Below, piece after piece: positions 11,585-23,104 of a DNA stretch of 61,970 nt (the first letter of the stretch is position 1; the number at the start of each line of letters is the position of its first letter). Location of the stretch: NCBI GenBank assembly GCA_031835245.2, contig JAVKOQ020000088.1, forward strand, positions 124,001-185,970, written 5' to 3'. The DNA comes from Balamuthia mandrillaris. Lineage: Eukaryota. The notes under the pieces are model-generated. The model ran no database searches and was not told the DNA's origin. It worked only from the letters and a program-made list of their open reading frames with translations. Position numbers and translations under genes: made by a program.

Positions 11585-12710
11585 TTAGTCGAATTTGGGA
11601 TAGAGCCACTCTTGGAAGCGACGAGAATAGTAAGTAGGTTCGACGGTGGATAAAGTTGCCTTCGGGCTGGCCAGAGCGGTTCGTTTCCAAAAGGAAGCCA
11701 TTCTCTTCTTTACTGCGTAGTTGCAAAGAATGTCGATAATTCCTATCAAGTAAACCTCTTCTCCAGTTGATGATTTAACTTTGGAAGAAAGTGAGACAGA
11801 AGCAAAAAAGAAAGGAAGAGGCGAAGGAAGAAGAAAGAAGACTTACTTCCACGAAGAAAGATATCCCTGTCGTCAAGTTGAAGTTCTGGTTCTTGTTCTT
11901 CTGTCTCGTCTTCGTCGCTAGCTTTGTGTTTTTTTAACTTTTTTGCAATTTTGTGGTGCAGCTTCTTCTTCTTTTTCTTTTTCGTCCTCTTTGTGGGAGA
12001 TGCAGCATCTTTGTCGTCATCTTCGTCGTCATCTGTTTTATCTGTTTGAACCGAATGGATGCCCACCAATAAACTATAATCCATAATACCTGCTGACTCC
12101 AATAACTGTAAGAAGTCCTTAGCAAAGTTTTCAAAAGAAGTAACTAAAGAGAACGGAAAGAGATAAAACAAACCTTGCAATCTTTTTCCATTTCTTCGAA
12201 TAAAACTCGCTTAAGCTGCTCTCCTACATGAAATACACGACCCGACTCCACGAAATCGACGTCTTTCAGCACGTGACGCTGCTTCTTCTTCTCCTCTTCT
12301 GTCGCCTTTCGCTTCCGCGTTGCTCCCTTCAGGTCGAACACAAAGTCCAACCGAAGCGAAGCGGTGCTGAAGATGTTGTGTTGTATTACGACATGGAGCG
12401 GTGAAGCTCTTCCTCCGCCACCTCCTCCCGAAAAGGCCAAACGGTAATGGCCCAACATTCGCGCCAACAAAGAGCGAGGGTTTTCTCTCATGTGCTATTT
12501 CATGCCCACGCTGGTGGATTAGCCATGAATTCATGTCGACAAAGAAGAACGAAAGAAAGAAGAACGAACTTGATAGTAGCTGGGAAGAAGTCGTCGAAGA
12601 GCTTGGGACTCGGCTACGGGTAACGTTTTGAGGATGAACCGTTGATCCTTTGAGAAAAGAAATAAACTTCCGCCTATTTTTCTAAAGTTTGTAAAAAAAA
12701 AATTGGAAAG

Positions 12711-12751
<41 letters not shown>

Positions 12752-13263
12752 TTACTTTTGCCACTAAGCCCTTTCTGCAACGAGGAGGACTCATGTTCGA
12801 TCAACGTTTCCTTCCACGAACTCTGTTATTTTTAAAAAAAATAAGGAAAAAAACAAAGAAAAAGAAAGGGAGAAGAAATGTGGTACCAAATAATCAGAGG
12901 CAGAGAAACCAAACATTTGGCGCAGCGTGGTATAAGCAACCGGTGAGTAGGCCTTTATCACCATTTTTGATTTTAAATCGGTTGTCCTATTGTTATTATT
13001 TTTTTTTAATCAAATAAGAGAAGATGTAAAGAGAAAGAGAGAACAGAGATTAAAGAAAAAACAAACCAACTTTTGTAAATGTGTTTCTCACGAAAGATAT
13101 CTTTGCGCTCCTCCATCTCTTCTAATTCTTCTTCTTCTATTTCGTGGACTGAGTAGAGAAAGGCTTTCATGAGTGCTTGGCTCAGCAAACTCGCTGCCGC
13201 CTCTCTGTTTGGCCGAACAGCCTCTCCTCTGTCTTCTTCTTCCATCTTTCGAATTTTTTCCAT
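11585..13263 (-). CDS. Phosphatidylinositol-phosphate kinase (PIP5K/PIP4K family), multi-exon
   Basis: GSLFLFSKDQRFILKT, SLLARMLG, FDLKG, LKDVDF, IMDYSLLVGIH, GIIDIL, STVEP..YSRRF. Confidence 0.85.
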
Positions 13264-13542
13264 TCACTCATTTTTTGCATTTCATTCATTCTTAGCATTT
13301 CTAGCATAATTCATATTTTGCATTTCTGAAGAAGATGTTTGAGGGGTAAATCGTTTTCTTACTCGAGGAGTCATTTATTCACACTTGAGAAATTCATCTC
13401 TACACCATTTGCAGCGAAGAAGAAGAACAGAGAAAAGAAGCAGAGAGAGAGAGAGAGGGGGAGGAAGAAATAAAAAAAACAAGGCATATAAAAAATAAAC
13501 GATACGATGGTTGTCACGGATTGCGCCGTAAACGCTTCCTGC

Positions 13543-15568
13543 TTAAGAACGTTGGCCAGGATAAGTAGAAGCGGAGGCACCGCCAGCAGAAGAAGGAGAA
13601 GGGCTCATCGGCTGATAAGGAGCGTGCATGCCCATCGGGATGTACTGCGGCGGGGCGGCAGCATACATACCACCCTGAGGAGGGTGAGGGGCCATCATGT
13701 AGGCCTGAGGAGGCGCATAGTACGCATAGTGCTGTGGTGGCATCGCTGAGATAGGCATTTGCGGTGCTGATGTATCTTGTTGGGAAGATCTGTTTTGTTG
13801 TTTTGTTTGATTTGTCATTTAAGGGAAACAGGGCAGAGAGTAGAACGCGAAGAGAAGAAACAAGAGGAGAGAGGGTGGAGGAAGAAGTAAGAATAATGAG
13901 AAGGAAAAGAAATACCTCTTGGAGCTGCTAGAAGACTTGGAAGAAGAAGAAGATTTCTTGGATTTACTGCCGCTGCTGCTCTTAAAGTCCTCGTCCTCCT
14001 CGCTCTCGATCTCCTCATCGTCATCGTCATGATCCTCGTCCTCTCTGCCTCCGCCGCTGCCAAACAGTCTCGACCAGAGGGAGGAGCCACCACCAGAGGA
14101 CTTGTCACCACCACTTGATGAGGATGAACTATCTTTGTCGCCTGTTACAGATGTACCCAACAAAAGATCTAGATTTCGTTAGTTTTTGTTCTCTCCTCTC
14201 TGTTTTTTATCTTGTAAATTTTTACGCACCTGTATGAAAGCCGGCAAGTGGGGCACTGGTAGAAGTAATAGAAGAAGACCTCTTCTTCGATGAGGAAGAG
14301 GAAGTCATCTTCGTTAGCGCCTCGGGGTTTATTTTTTCTCGCTTCAGATAAAGAGCCTGCAAGCGTCTTGCATATTCCTCGTCAGCTTGCGCTTGCGCGT
14401 CTTGCTTTGGTTGAGGAGTGCTTGCCTCCGAGTTGAACTGCATTTGAAGGCGTTTCGCCAGTTCTTCATCCGACAAAGTAGACGAAGAAGATGATGCGAT
14501 AGGGTGTGAAGAAGTGGAAGAAGATGTGGAAGACTTTCTCTTGCTCTTCTTCTTTTTCTTTGGGCTAGAAGGAGCGACTAACGGCTGTGAAGTGGTCTTG
14601 GAATAACCATTTGTCGAAGCAGACACCGAAGAAGTGGAGGAAGAGTAATGATGCTGAGCGAGCTCTTTGGTGACGATCTCCAAAGCGACCAACCTGCTCT
14701 CTACTGACTCGGTGAACTTGTTCATCTGGCGGACGTGCTCCTGGAATTGGGCCATCATGCCCTCCATCATTTTCTTGAGCTTCTCTGCCTCTGTTTGAGG
14801 ATTCGGATAGCTTTCCAACAGGCTTTGTAAGTTGTCGCTGCCACTAACGGATTTAGGCTGCTGTTGATAGGCAGAGGGTTGTTGTGGTTGTGGAGCGTAA
14901 CCACTTCCTCCTCCAAGTTGTGGGAGATGGTATGAAAGAGAGCCTTGTTGTTGCTGAGGCTGTGGTTGATGGTATGCTTGTTGTGGTTGTTGGTGTTGAG
15001 ATTGATGATGAGAGGGGGCCGAGTAAGAAGGGAAAGAGGAGGTGGAGGAAGAGGGAGTGTTTTGTGGTGGAGGCGGTTGGTGGTGGTAAGGAGGAGCTCC
15101 ATACGATCCAGAAGATGGGGGCGAAACGGAGGCTGGACGTTGTTGCTGCTGCTGCTGTTGCTGTTGCTGCTGCTGAGGTACAGAAGGAGAGGAAGAGGAA
15201 GAAGGAGCAATCGAAGGGTACTGAGAAGGAGTAGAGGGAGAAGGGGAAGAAAAATAGGAAGGAGGGTTCTCCTCTTTGGGTCCCGCAGCAGGTTTGTTGC
15301 CACCAGCGCTTGGAGTAGACGTCGATGAGGAGGAGGGTGAGGCCGTAGAGACGAGAGAGGAGGAAGTAGAGGAAGAAGGTCTATCCAACAGAAAACTGGC
15401 AAAATCAAATGAGGAAGCGCTCTTTGGAGCTTGTGGTTGTTGTTGATGTTGGGAGGAAGAAACATTTGCATTGGAAGTGGTGGCGCCACTGCTTTGTGGT
15501 TGTTGATGTTGTTGTTGCGTAGTGTACGTGGGACCGTCAAACGAAGGGAGCGGGTAAGGAGCGTCCAT
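13543..15568 (-). CDS. Low-complexity Q/P/S-rich protein with short coiled coil and two ubiquitin-binding-like motifs, multi-exon
   Basis: 448-aa first ORF; SDEELAKRLQ and ADEEYARRLQ resemble MIU/UIM motifs; downstream exons ~13910-14170 and 13543-13790. Confidence 0.55.
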
Positions 15569-16411
15569 TTTTTGTTTTTGTATTATTTTAAGTAGCTACG
15601 CCTCTGTTCGATTTCGAAAAAAATCCAAAGCTTTTGATTTGTGTTGATTTCTTTTCAGCTCTGTCTCGCTGCCTCTCAAGTGGTACTTGTTTTTTTTTTT
15701 TCAGGTGGCCAAACGCTTCTTCTCTGTGGTGTGTGTGTGTGCTTGTAGAAGAAACAAAAAGCCTCCCTCCTGTCAAAAACCAAAAAAAAAAAAGCAGAGA
15801 GAGAGAGAGAGAGAAAAGCAAGAGAGGAGAAAAAAAAACAAATGTCAGTCTGTGTGGAACCTCGCTCGAAAGAAAATAAAAAATAAATCAAACTGGAGAT
15901 TCGTGTCAAAAGTTTTCCTTCTCTTTTTCTCTTCTTCAAAACATTTAAAAAAAAAAACAACCCTCTTCAGGCGCACCTTTTTTTTTGTTTTTGTGTTTGT
16001 TTGTAGGGCTGTGTGTACGTGTGGAAGAAAAAACAAAAACGTGTGTATTCGACCCAACTAGTATACCACCTTTGTTCCTCGTTGGGGGGTGGTTTTTTTC
16101 TGGCCCGTTTTCTGAGGGGAAGAAATCTCCACAAAACCAGACGTCACTTTTCGCTGTGGAAAATACCAAACCAAAAAAAAAAAAGGTCGCGTCGTGTCGA
16201 CGTTAGCCACCCAGGGGGGTCGGCAATAAATCGGGAAAATTCGAAACAGAAAAAAAAAAGGATAGAAAAAAGAAAAGTGGAAAAAGAAGGAAGGAGTTCA
16301 AGCGATCAATTGTTTTTTCTCGCTCTTCTTCTTCTTTCTTCGTTATTTATTTATTTATTTATTTTTCGGTTTTAACGCTCCAGCCTTTCGTTCGTTGCAC
16401 TGAGCTTATCC

Positions 16412-17143
16412 ATGCAGAGCAACTCCGCTTCCTCTTCCTCCGCGATGGACATTGAGGAAAAGAACACTTCCTCTTCTTCGACCAACGCTTCCAGCAACGA
16501 CCCAACCAACTACCGGCTGGCTCAATTCGAGTGGGGAGTGGACTACGTGTGGTCCACCTGGTCCCTCATGGAGCTGGCCATCAACATGGGCTTTGGTGGA
16601 CGCAACACTCGCGACAAAGTGCGCAACATCAAGCTGGAGGTGTTGGAGCTCTTTGACCACCAAAAGGAGGTGCATCGGGATGAGATAGAGGACCTCCTCT
16701 ACCAAGCCATCGAAGAGGACCTCCACACGGTGGCGGAGGATGGGAGCGTGGAGATGGTCGCTGACCAAGTGGTAAGCTTGAGGGGTCAGTGTTTATCAGG
16801 AGATTTCACGCTGTTGGAAACGGTGGAGCAGCAGTACTGCACGAAGCTCAAGCTGGAGCTGGACAAAGTGCGCGAGCAAAGACTGACCGGTTGTTTCCCG
16901 GATGAGTGCGCTCCGAATCTAATCCCTGCCGACGAGGGAGAGTCCAGCGAGAGCGAGAGCGAGGACGAGGATGGTGAGGAAGGAGAAGAAGAGGGAGAAG
17001 GGAAAGAGAAACAGCCACAACAAGAGAGAAGAGGGGGAAGCGGCGGTGAAGAAAAGAAGAAGACAGAAGACGTGGATGAAGATGGATTCACGTTAGTGAC
17101 CAACAAACGAAACAAAAAGAAAGGCAAGTCTGGCAGTGGATGA
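16412..17143 (+). CDS. TSR2: Pre-rRNA-processing protein TSR2
   Basis: FEWGV..WSLMELAINMGFGG (WGG domain), EDGSVE, C-terminal DEDGFTLV. Confidence 0.85.
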   Translation: MQSNSASSSSAMDIEEKNTSSSSTNASSNDPTNYRLAQFEWGVDYVWSTWSLMELAINMGFGGRNTRDKVRNIKLEVLELFDHQKEVHRDEIEDLLYQAIEEDLHTVAEDGSVEMVADQVVSLRGQCLSGDFTLLETVEQQYCTKLKLELDKVREQRLTGCFPDECAPNLIPADEGESSESESEDEDGEEGEEEGEGKEKQPQQERRGGSGGEEKKKTEDVDEDGFTLVTNKRNKKKGKSGSG

Positions 17144-17231
17144 GGGAACAAAAGCGCCTGCATAATAACAAAAAATAAAAGTTTTACTTCTTTTTCTTCT
17201 TCATTTCTTCTTTTTTGTTACTTTCGTTTGT

Positions 17232-18390
17232 TTACTGTACTTCGCCAAGATAGTCCTTCACCTCAGGGGGAGTCAACACCCTAAACACCTTCTTGCCCTC
17301 CACCTGTTGAACCACCGCCAATTCGATGTTGTGCTCCGTCATCTCTCCCTCGAAACCTTCTTTCAGCGTCAAAATGGCTGTGTGAATGGCATCTTCCAGT
17401 CCAATGTCTTCCTTGTATCTGTTCCGTTGTTTTTTTGGTTTCGTTTCTATAAGTATTATTGTAAAAGAAGAACGAGAATGAAGAAAAAGAAAGAACAAAG
17501 AAAGAGGAACAACACAAGAAGGAAGGAAACGAAGAGAAGAAAGACAAACCTCTTTTCCAAGAAAGTTCTAGCATTAACCATGTGTTTGCCGATGGCAGAG
17601 GCCTTCCATGCCCAGTAAGAGCCGGAAGGATCCACTTGATACATTTGAGGACCGGCGATGTCGTCATAACCAGCTACCAACAAACTCACACCAAACGGCC
17701 GCACTCCTCTATGACACAAAATTATATAAGGTTACTCAAAGTAAATAAGGGAGGAAAATGAGGAGAAGCAATAGAGCGAGGAAGAGAAGCTGAGAGAGAA
17801 GCGTGAAGAGAACAGAAGCAAAAACGCATGAACAGAGTGAATATAGAAAGAAGGAGGTCCAAACCCAGATTGTGTGAACTCCTGCATGACAAAGGCCATT
17901 TCTCGCACGATCTGAGAGACTGGAATGGGGCTCTGGTACATGCGGTAGTAGGCCTGAGCGATCTTTCTGCCCTTGCGTACGAGGACACGCGAGTCGGGTC
18001 CCATGCCAGCGTACACGCAGCCCACGTGGTCCGTCAGCATGCTGATCTTTTGGAAGGAGGTCTCGTCCATAAGGGAGGGAAGCTTCTTCTCGGTGGCCAA
18101 CACCACTCCATCAGTGGCTGCAGTGAAAAAAGTTTCCCAATGAGAATTTAAAAACAACAAAAAAGTAGGATACACAAGAACAACGTTCGAAAAGAAAACA
18201 AAAGAGAAAAAAATAAGATGAATGATGGACAACAAAGAGAGGGAAGGAAGAAAGCAAAAAAAAAAAAGGAACCTTTGATGCCAAGAGCAGTGCTACCAGC
18301 AGCCACAGCGTGGAGGGCATATTCGATTTGGACCAGCTTGCCAGAAGGGCTGAACGTGGTCAAAGAGAAAGAGTAGCGATCGTCCATCAT
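17232..18390 (-). CDS. PSMA2: Proteasome subunit alpha type-2, 4 exons
   Basis: [74 protein letters not shown]. Confidence 0.95.
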
Positions 18391-18608
18391 TTTTTGAAGC
18401 GTACCAGAGAGCTAACTAGGCCCAGTTTGTGTTGCTTGCTACTTATTTTTCTCTCTCTCTCTCTCTTTCACCACCAAAAAAACTGTGTCTTTGTTTTTGC
18501 GCCACGCAAAGCCTTCGTGGGTGGGTTTACTGTCGACAAATGTACTCCCGCGCTGTTCCACTTGAGCTGTTTTACTTGTCGACAATATAGTAGCATATTA
18601 TCATTAGA

Positions 18609-18708
18609 CGCTAACCCTAACCTTAAATTCTTCCAAAAAATTGACAGCCCACCACCCCAAAGAGCGCTTCAACAGGACGGTCGCCGAAAGAACCGCTAAC
18701 CCTAACCT
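18609..18708 (+). promoter_or_regulatory. Two telomere-like CGCTAACCCTAACCT motifs in the PSMA2/PIS1 bidirectional promoter
   Basis: Copies at 18609-18623 and 18693-18708, preceded by TGTCGACA motifs at ~18531 and ~18577. Confidence 0.55.
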
Positions 18709-18873
18709 AATGGTTTCCTTCAAAATTGGCGCCTTTCGCCCTGCCGCCACGTCACAACACCGCCTTAAAATCCCGCCGAACGAGCAACTGATGAGGAGAA
18801 ATCGTTGTCCATTTCCACCAAATAAACAAGAAAGACAAACAACAAAACAACCGGCCTTGCGCGCGCACACAAA

Positions 18874-18935
18874 ATGGTATCCCCGGTCTATTTCTTTGTG
18901 CCTAATCTGATCGGTAAAACTCTTTTTTTTTTGCG

Positions 18936-18972
<37 letters not shown>

Positions 18973-19863
18973 TCCTCTCAAAGAATTGTTTTTTTTTTTC
19001 AACAAAAAACCTAGGTTATGTGAGAGTGGCATTGGCTTGCATCGCTTTCTACGTGAGCTTCACCGACTACAAGCTGTTTTTCGTGTGTTATGGCCTCAGC
19101 GAAATACTTGACGCCATCGACGGACACGCCGCTAGGGCCTTTGGTCAATGTATGCTTCTCTTGCTTTCTTATTCTTCTTCATTCTTCATTCTTCTGCTTC
19201 TTTTTTTTCTTTATTTTTCTATATGTTTTTGTTTAAATGTTTTTTGTTCGTTTCTTTTTCTTTTCTTTGTTTTGTTTTGTTGTTTTGTTTTTTTTTTTGT
19301 TTGAAAGCCTCAAAGTTTGGAGCGGTGTTGGACATGGTAACGGACCGCTGCGCTACGACCTGTCTCTTGATGGTGCTCTCCTTCTTCTACCGCGACCACA
19401 TCCTCTACTTCACCGCCGTTGTGGCTCTTGACATTGCTAGCCACTATGCTCATCTTTACAGGTACCGTTCTTCCTTCTTCTTTCTTCTTTCTTCTTTCTG
19501 CTTCTTTACACATTTTGTTAACCAAACCAAAATAGTTCATTGGCGAGAAGGTTGGCCAGTCACAAGGCCATCGACCAAACGGCCAACCCGCTGCTGCGCA
19601 TCTACTACACCAACCGCGCGGCCCTGGGGGCTCTCTGCTTTGGCAACGAGGCCTTCTTCCTGTTGCTCTACGTCGCTCACTTTGAGAGCGGCCCCTCCCT
19701 CTTCTTCTTCAACAATCAGGAGATGACTCTTGTGAGGGTGTTGACGATGGTAGTGGCGCCGTTGATGTTGGCCAAGCAGCTGATGAACGTCATTCAGCTG
19801 AAGCAGGCGGCCACTGACCTCGCCAAACTCGACGAAGTGGAGCACTATGGCAAGAAGCAGTAA
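18874..19863 (+). CDS. CDIPT: CDP-diacylglycerol--inositol 3-phosphatidyltransferase (PI synthase), 4 exons
   Basis: VPNLIGYVR, LDAIDGHAARAFGQ-SKFGAVLDMVTDR (CDP-alcohol phosphotransferase motif), LDIASH. Confidence 0.95.
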
Positions 19864-20014
19864 CTCCTCTTCTCATTCTTTTTTTTTTCTATGTTATCGA
19901 ATGGTATCGATATTTTGATTATCTGTGAATAGAAAATTTTCTCTCAACCACGACGTCCACTCTTTGAAGAACAACTGCTGAAACAGCAGCAACAGCAGCG
20001 GCTGCACACTATGA

Positions 20015-20085
20015 GAGATGATGATGGCTGTAGTAAACGGCTAGCTGATGCGTGGATTCGAACTATATACTGTTCGTTCTGATCA
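20015..20085 (+). ncRNA. Candidate box C/D snoRNA
   Basis: ATGATGA (20018-24), internal CTGA (20045-48), terminal CTGA (20079-82), in an intergenic gap; no guide target identified. Confidence 0.25.
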
Positions 20086-20284
20086 GGTAGTGCGCTCCTC
20101 ATTTTTTTTTTGTTTATCTCTCTCTCTTCTCTTCTCTACCTCCCTCCTGACGTTCTTTTGGTTTTCTTGGCCGCCTCTGTCTGCCTCGTCATGGATTGGT
20201 ATGCGGTGGTGCAAGTGTCTTACTTGGGTGTTTCAAACATAGAGAGAGAGAGAGAGACAATCCATTTTTATTTATTTATTTTTT

Positions 20285-22822
20285 TCAAGAGAGTTGTTTG
20301 TCCAAAGTTTCAGAGACAGATTTTGGTGTCAGCTTGCCTTGAGACAGTTTGAGCACCTGCCCCAGCAAGAACTGCTTCACCCCCTTTCTTCCCGCTTTGT
20401 ACTTGGCGACATCCTTTGGATTCTCCGCAATGACCTGCGCACATAGTTTCTCCACCAATTGTTCGTCTTCCACTAGCATCCATCCTTTCTCTTTCACAAT
20501 CTCTTCCGCTTCTCTTCTTACTTGCTTCTCCGTTTGCTCCTCTTCTTGCTCTTCGGCATCAAGACCTTCTTCAAACATAACGGCGAGCACTTGCTTGCCA
20601 ACTTTGCCAGAGATGGAACCTCTCTCCAAGAGTTGAATGACGGAAGCGAGTTGCTTGGGCGAAACGGGAGAAGTTGACATTTCTCTCGAGTTCTGCTTCA
20701 ACAATCCAAACAAGTCCGAAGTGATCCAATTCGATACCGTTTGTGCTGCCTCTTTCTTCTTCTCTTCGCCTTTCTGCGAGGAAGATGAAAGCAAGTGACG
20801 AACAGCTGCTTCCAAAAAGTCTGCTGTCGCTTCGTCCTGAACTAACACGCTGGAATCGTAATGACTCAGCTGATAGTCCCTCATGAAGCGCTTCAAACGT
20901 TCGTCCGGCATTTCGGGCAAGCTTTGTTGAATGTCCTCCACAACCTGAGAGGAGAGGATAAGAGGGGGAAGATCCGGTTCGGGAAAGTAACGATAGTCCA
21001 CTTCGTCCTCTTTGGAGCGCATGCGAGAGGTTGTGCCGTTGATGCCATCGAAGCTGCGCGTTTCCTGATGGACGCGTTCTCCTTGTTCTAAGAGTTGTGT
21101 TTGTCTTTGTATTTCGAACTCTGTTTTGTTTTTTTTTTTTTTTTTCAACAGGTAAAAATAGGAATACAAAACACATAAAACCAAAGGATAGACGAATAAT
21201 ACAAAAAGAACTTGACGATGAGATAAAGAGAAGATGGACGAACCGATAGCTCGAGTAATAGATTTAATGCTATTCACATTTTTGACCTCGCAGCGAGTGC
21301 CAAGCTCGGAGGAACCCTTGCGGCGAACAGACACGTTGACGTCACAACGAAGAGCAGAAGCATCCATAGACTTCTGATCAATCACTCCTACGTGCTTCAG
21401 CAACTGCTGCATTCGTTGAAGATATTCGGCTGCTTCTTCAGCTGAACTGTGTGTGTGTGTTTTTTTTTTAATTATGTAAACGAGTGAGAAAGGAAGACGG
21501 AAGAAGGAAGAGAAGAAAACCTGATTTGGGGTTTAGAAATAATTTCAAGAAGAGCCATGCCAGCTCGGTTCAAATCTACAAATGTTTGGTCTGGATGTTG
21601 ATCATGAAATGACTTTCCACTGTCCTGTTTTACCATTCAGTTTGTCATTTCAGTCTGAAGAAAAACAAAAAGCAGGAACGAGAAGAGGCAAAAAACACAA
21701 AGAGAAAGGAGAAAAAACCTGTTCTAATTGTATCCGATCGAGTTCAACTATCCGCTCTTGCGAGGTACCGGGAAATAGTACAATGCGTCCTCCCTTTACA
21801 ATTGGTGCTATAACATCAAATAGAATTAGAAACGAACAAAGTATAAACGTCATGCTGTAACATGATAGGAACGAGAGCAAGAAACTAACCGCCTTGTTGC
21901 GTGATTTGATAGCCAGATGGTAAGTCGCAGTAGAAGTAATGTTTGCGGTCAAAAGTGGAGACAGGGTTGATGCTGCCATTGAAAGCCAATCCAGCTCTTA
22001 TCGCTTGTTCCACACATTTTTGATTGAGCGACTGTTTTATTTTGTTCGTGGATGAGAAAAAATAAGGAGAAGAGAACCACGAAGAGAAGAGAAGATAACG
22101 ACGAAGAGAAGAGAGGAGAGAAGCAGAGAAGCGAGAGAAGCAGAGATTTGTTACAGGAAGAGTTCCAGGATAGGCAGCATCAAAAAAAGAAACGTTCGTG
22201 TTTGGTGCAGCATCAAAAGAAGCACTCGCAACTATTTTGTGTGTTTTTTTTTATTTTTTGATGAACAAACCAAGAAGAAGAAGAAGAAGAAGAAGAAGAA
22301 GAAGAAGAAGAAGAAGAAGAAGAAGAAGAAGAAGAAGAAGAAGAAGAAGAAGAAGAAGAAGAAGAAGAAGAAGAAGAAGAAGAAGAAGAAGAAGAAGAAG
22401 AAGAAGAAGAAGCAACAACAACAACAACAACCACAAGAAAAAGAAGAAGAAGAACAAGAAGAAAAAAAAGAAAAAGAAAAAGAACCTGAAAAGAGTTTAG
22501 TGTTAGAGGCCACTTGAGCGTGTACCTCAAGTCCGATGACTGCTTCCCAGCAAGAAGGTTCCACAGTGATCGTTGAAACAGGCGCAGAAGAGGAAGACGC
22601 AGCACTTTTTGTTGTCGTGGTTGAAAAAAACTTTCGTTGTCGATGAAAAGAAAGTTTGGTGTTACAATCATCGGAAGAAGAAGAAGCAGAGAGGCGATGA
22701 AAGGGAGTGCTGTGGTGGCACAGCGGCTTTGTGCGTGGCGAAAAGAAGTATGCAGTGGGAAAACGCGTGGCGGCGGTGAACGTCGGCGGACCGCGCCGCA
22801 GCAGCACCTCGCTTCTTCTCAT
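20285..22822 (-). CDS. GATB: Glu-tRNA(Gln) amidotransferase subunit B, mitochondrial, multi-exon
   Basis: Arg/Ser-rich transit peptide; [56 protein letters not shown]. Confidence 0.95.
22273..22490 (+). repeat. Intronic perfect (GAA)n run (~140 bp) plus CAA/GAA tail
   Basis: Direct reading. Confidence 0.95.
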
Positions 22823-22945
22823 CTCTCTTTGCCGCTACTTTTTTCTCCTGTTAACAGTGCGGCGGGTTCGACTCCTGGTTTTGACAAAACACATTTTTTG
22901 TTCAGTTCTGCGGTAAGATTTACTGTCGACAACAAGGTAAACGAA

Positions 22946-22961
22946 CCGCTAACCCTAACCT
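22946..22961 (+). promoter_or_regulatory. Telomere-like motif upstream of GATB
   Basis: CCGCTAACCCTAACCT preceded by TTTACTGTCGACAA. Confidence 0.5.
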
Positions 22962-23104
22962 TGATATCGCATAAACCTGGTGACCCTTCTCTGCGTTGTT
23001 TCTTGTGGGCGCGGCAGTGCGAGAGTTGCAGAGGAAGGCAAAAGAGAGAACGTTTCAAAAATAAACAAATATTTGTTGGTATTATAAAAACACAGGAGGG
23101 TTTT

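Noticed and set aside
11585..19863. PIP kinase and PI synthase as a phosphoinositide cluster
   Set aside because: Separated by unrelated genes; probably coincidence
22198..22517. Poly-K/R/F/L/S ORFs
   Set aside because: Translations of an intronic (GAA)n microsatellite in GATB
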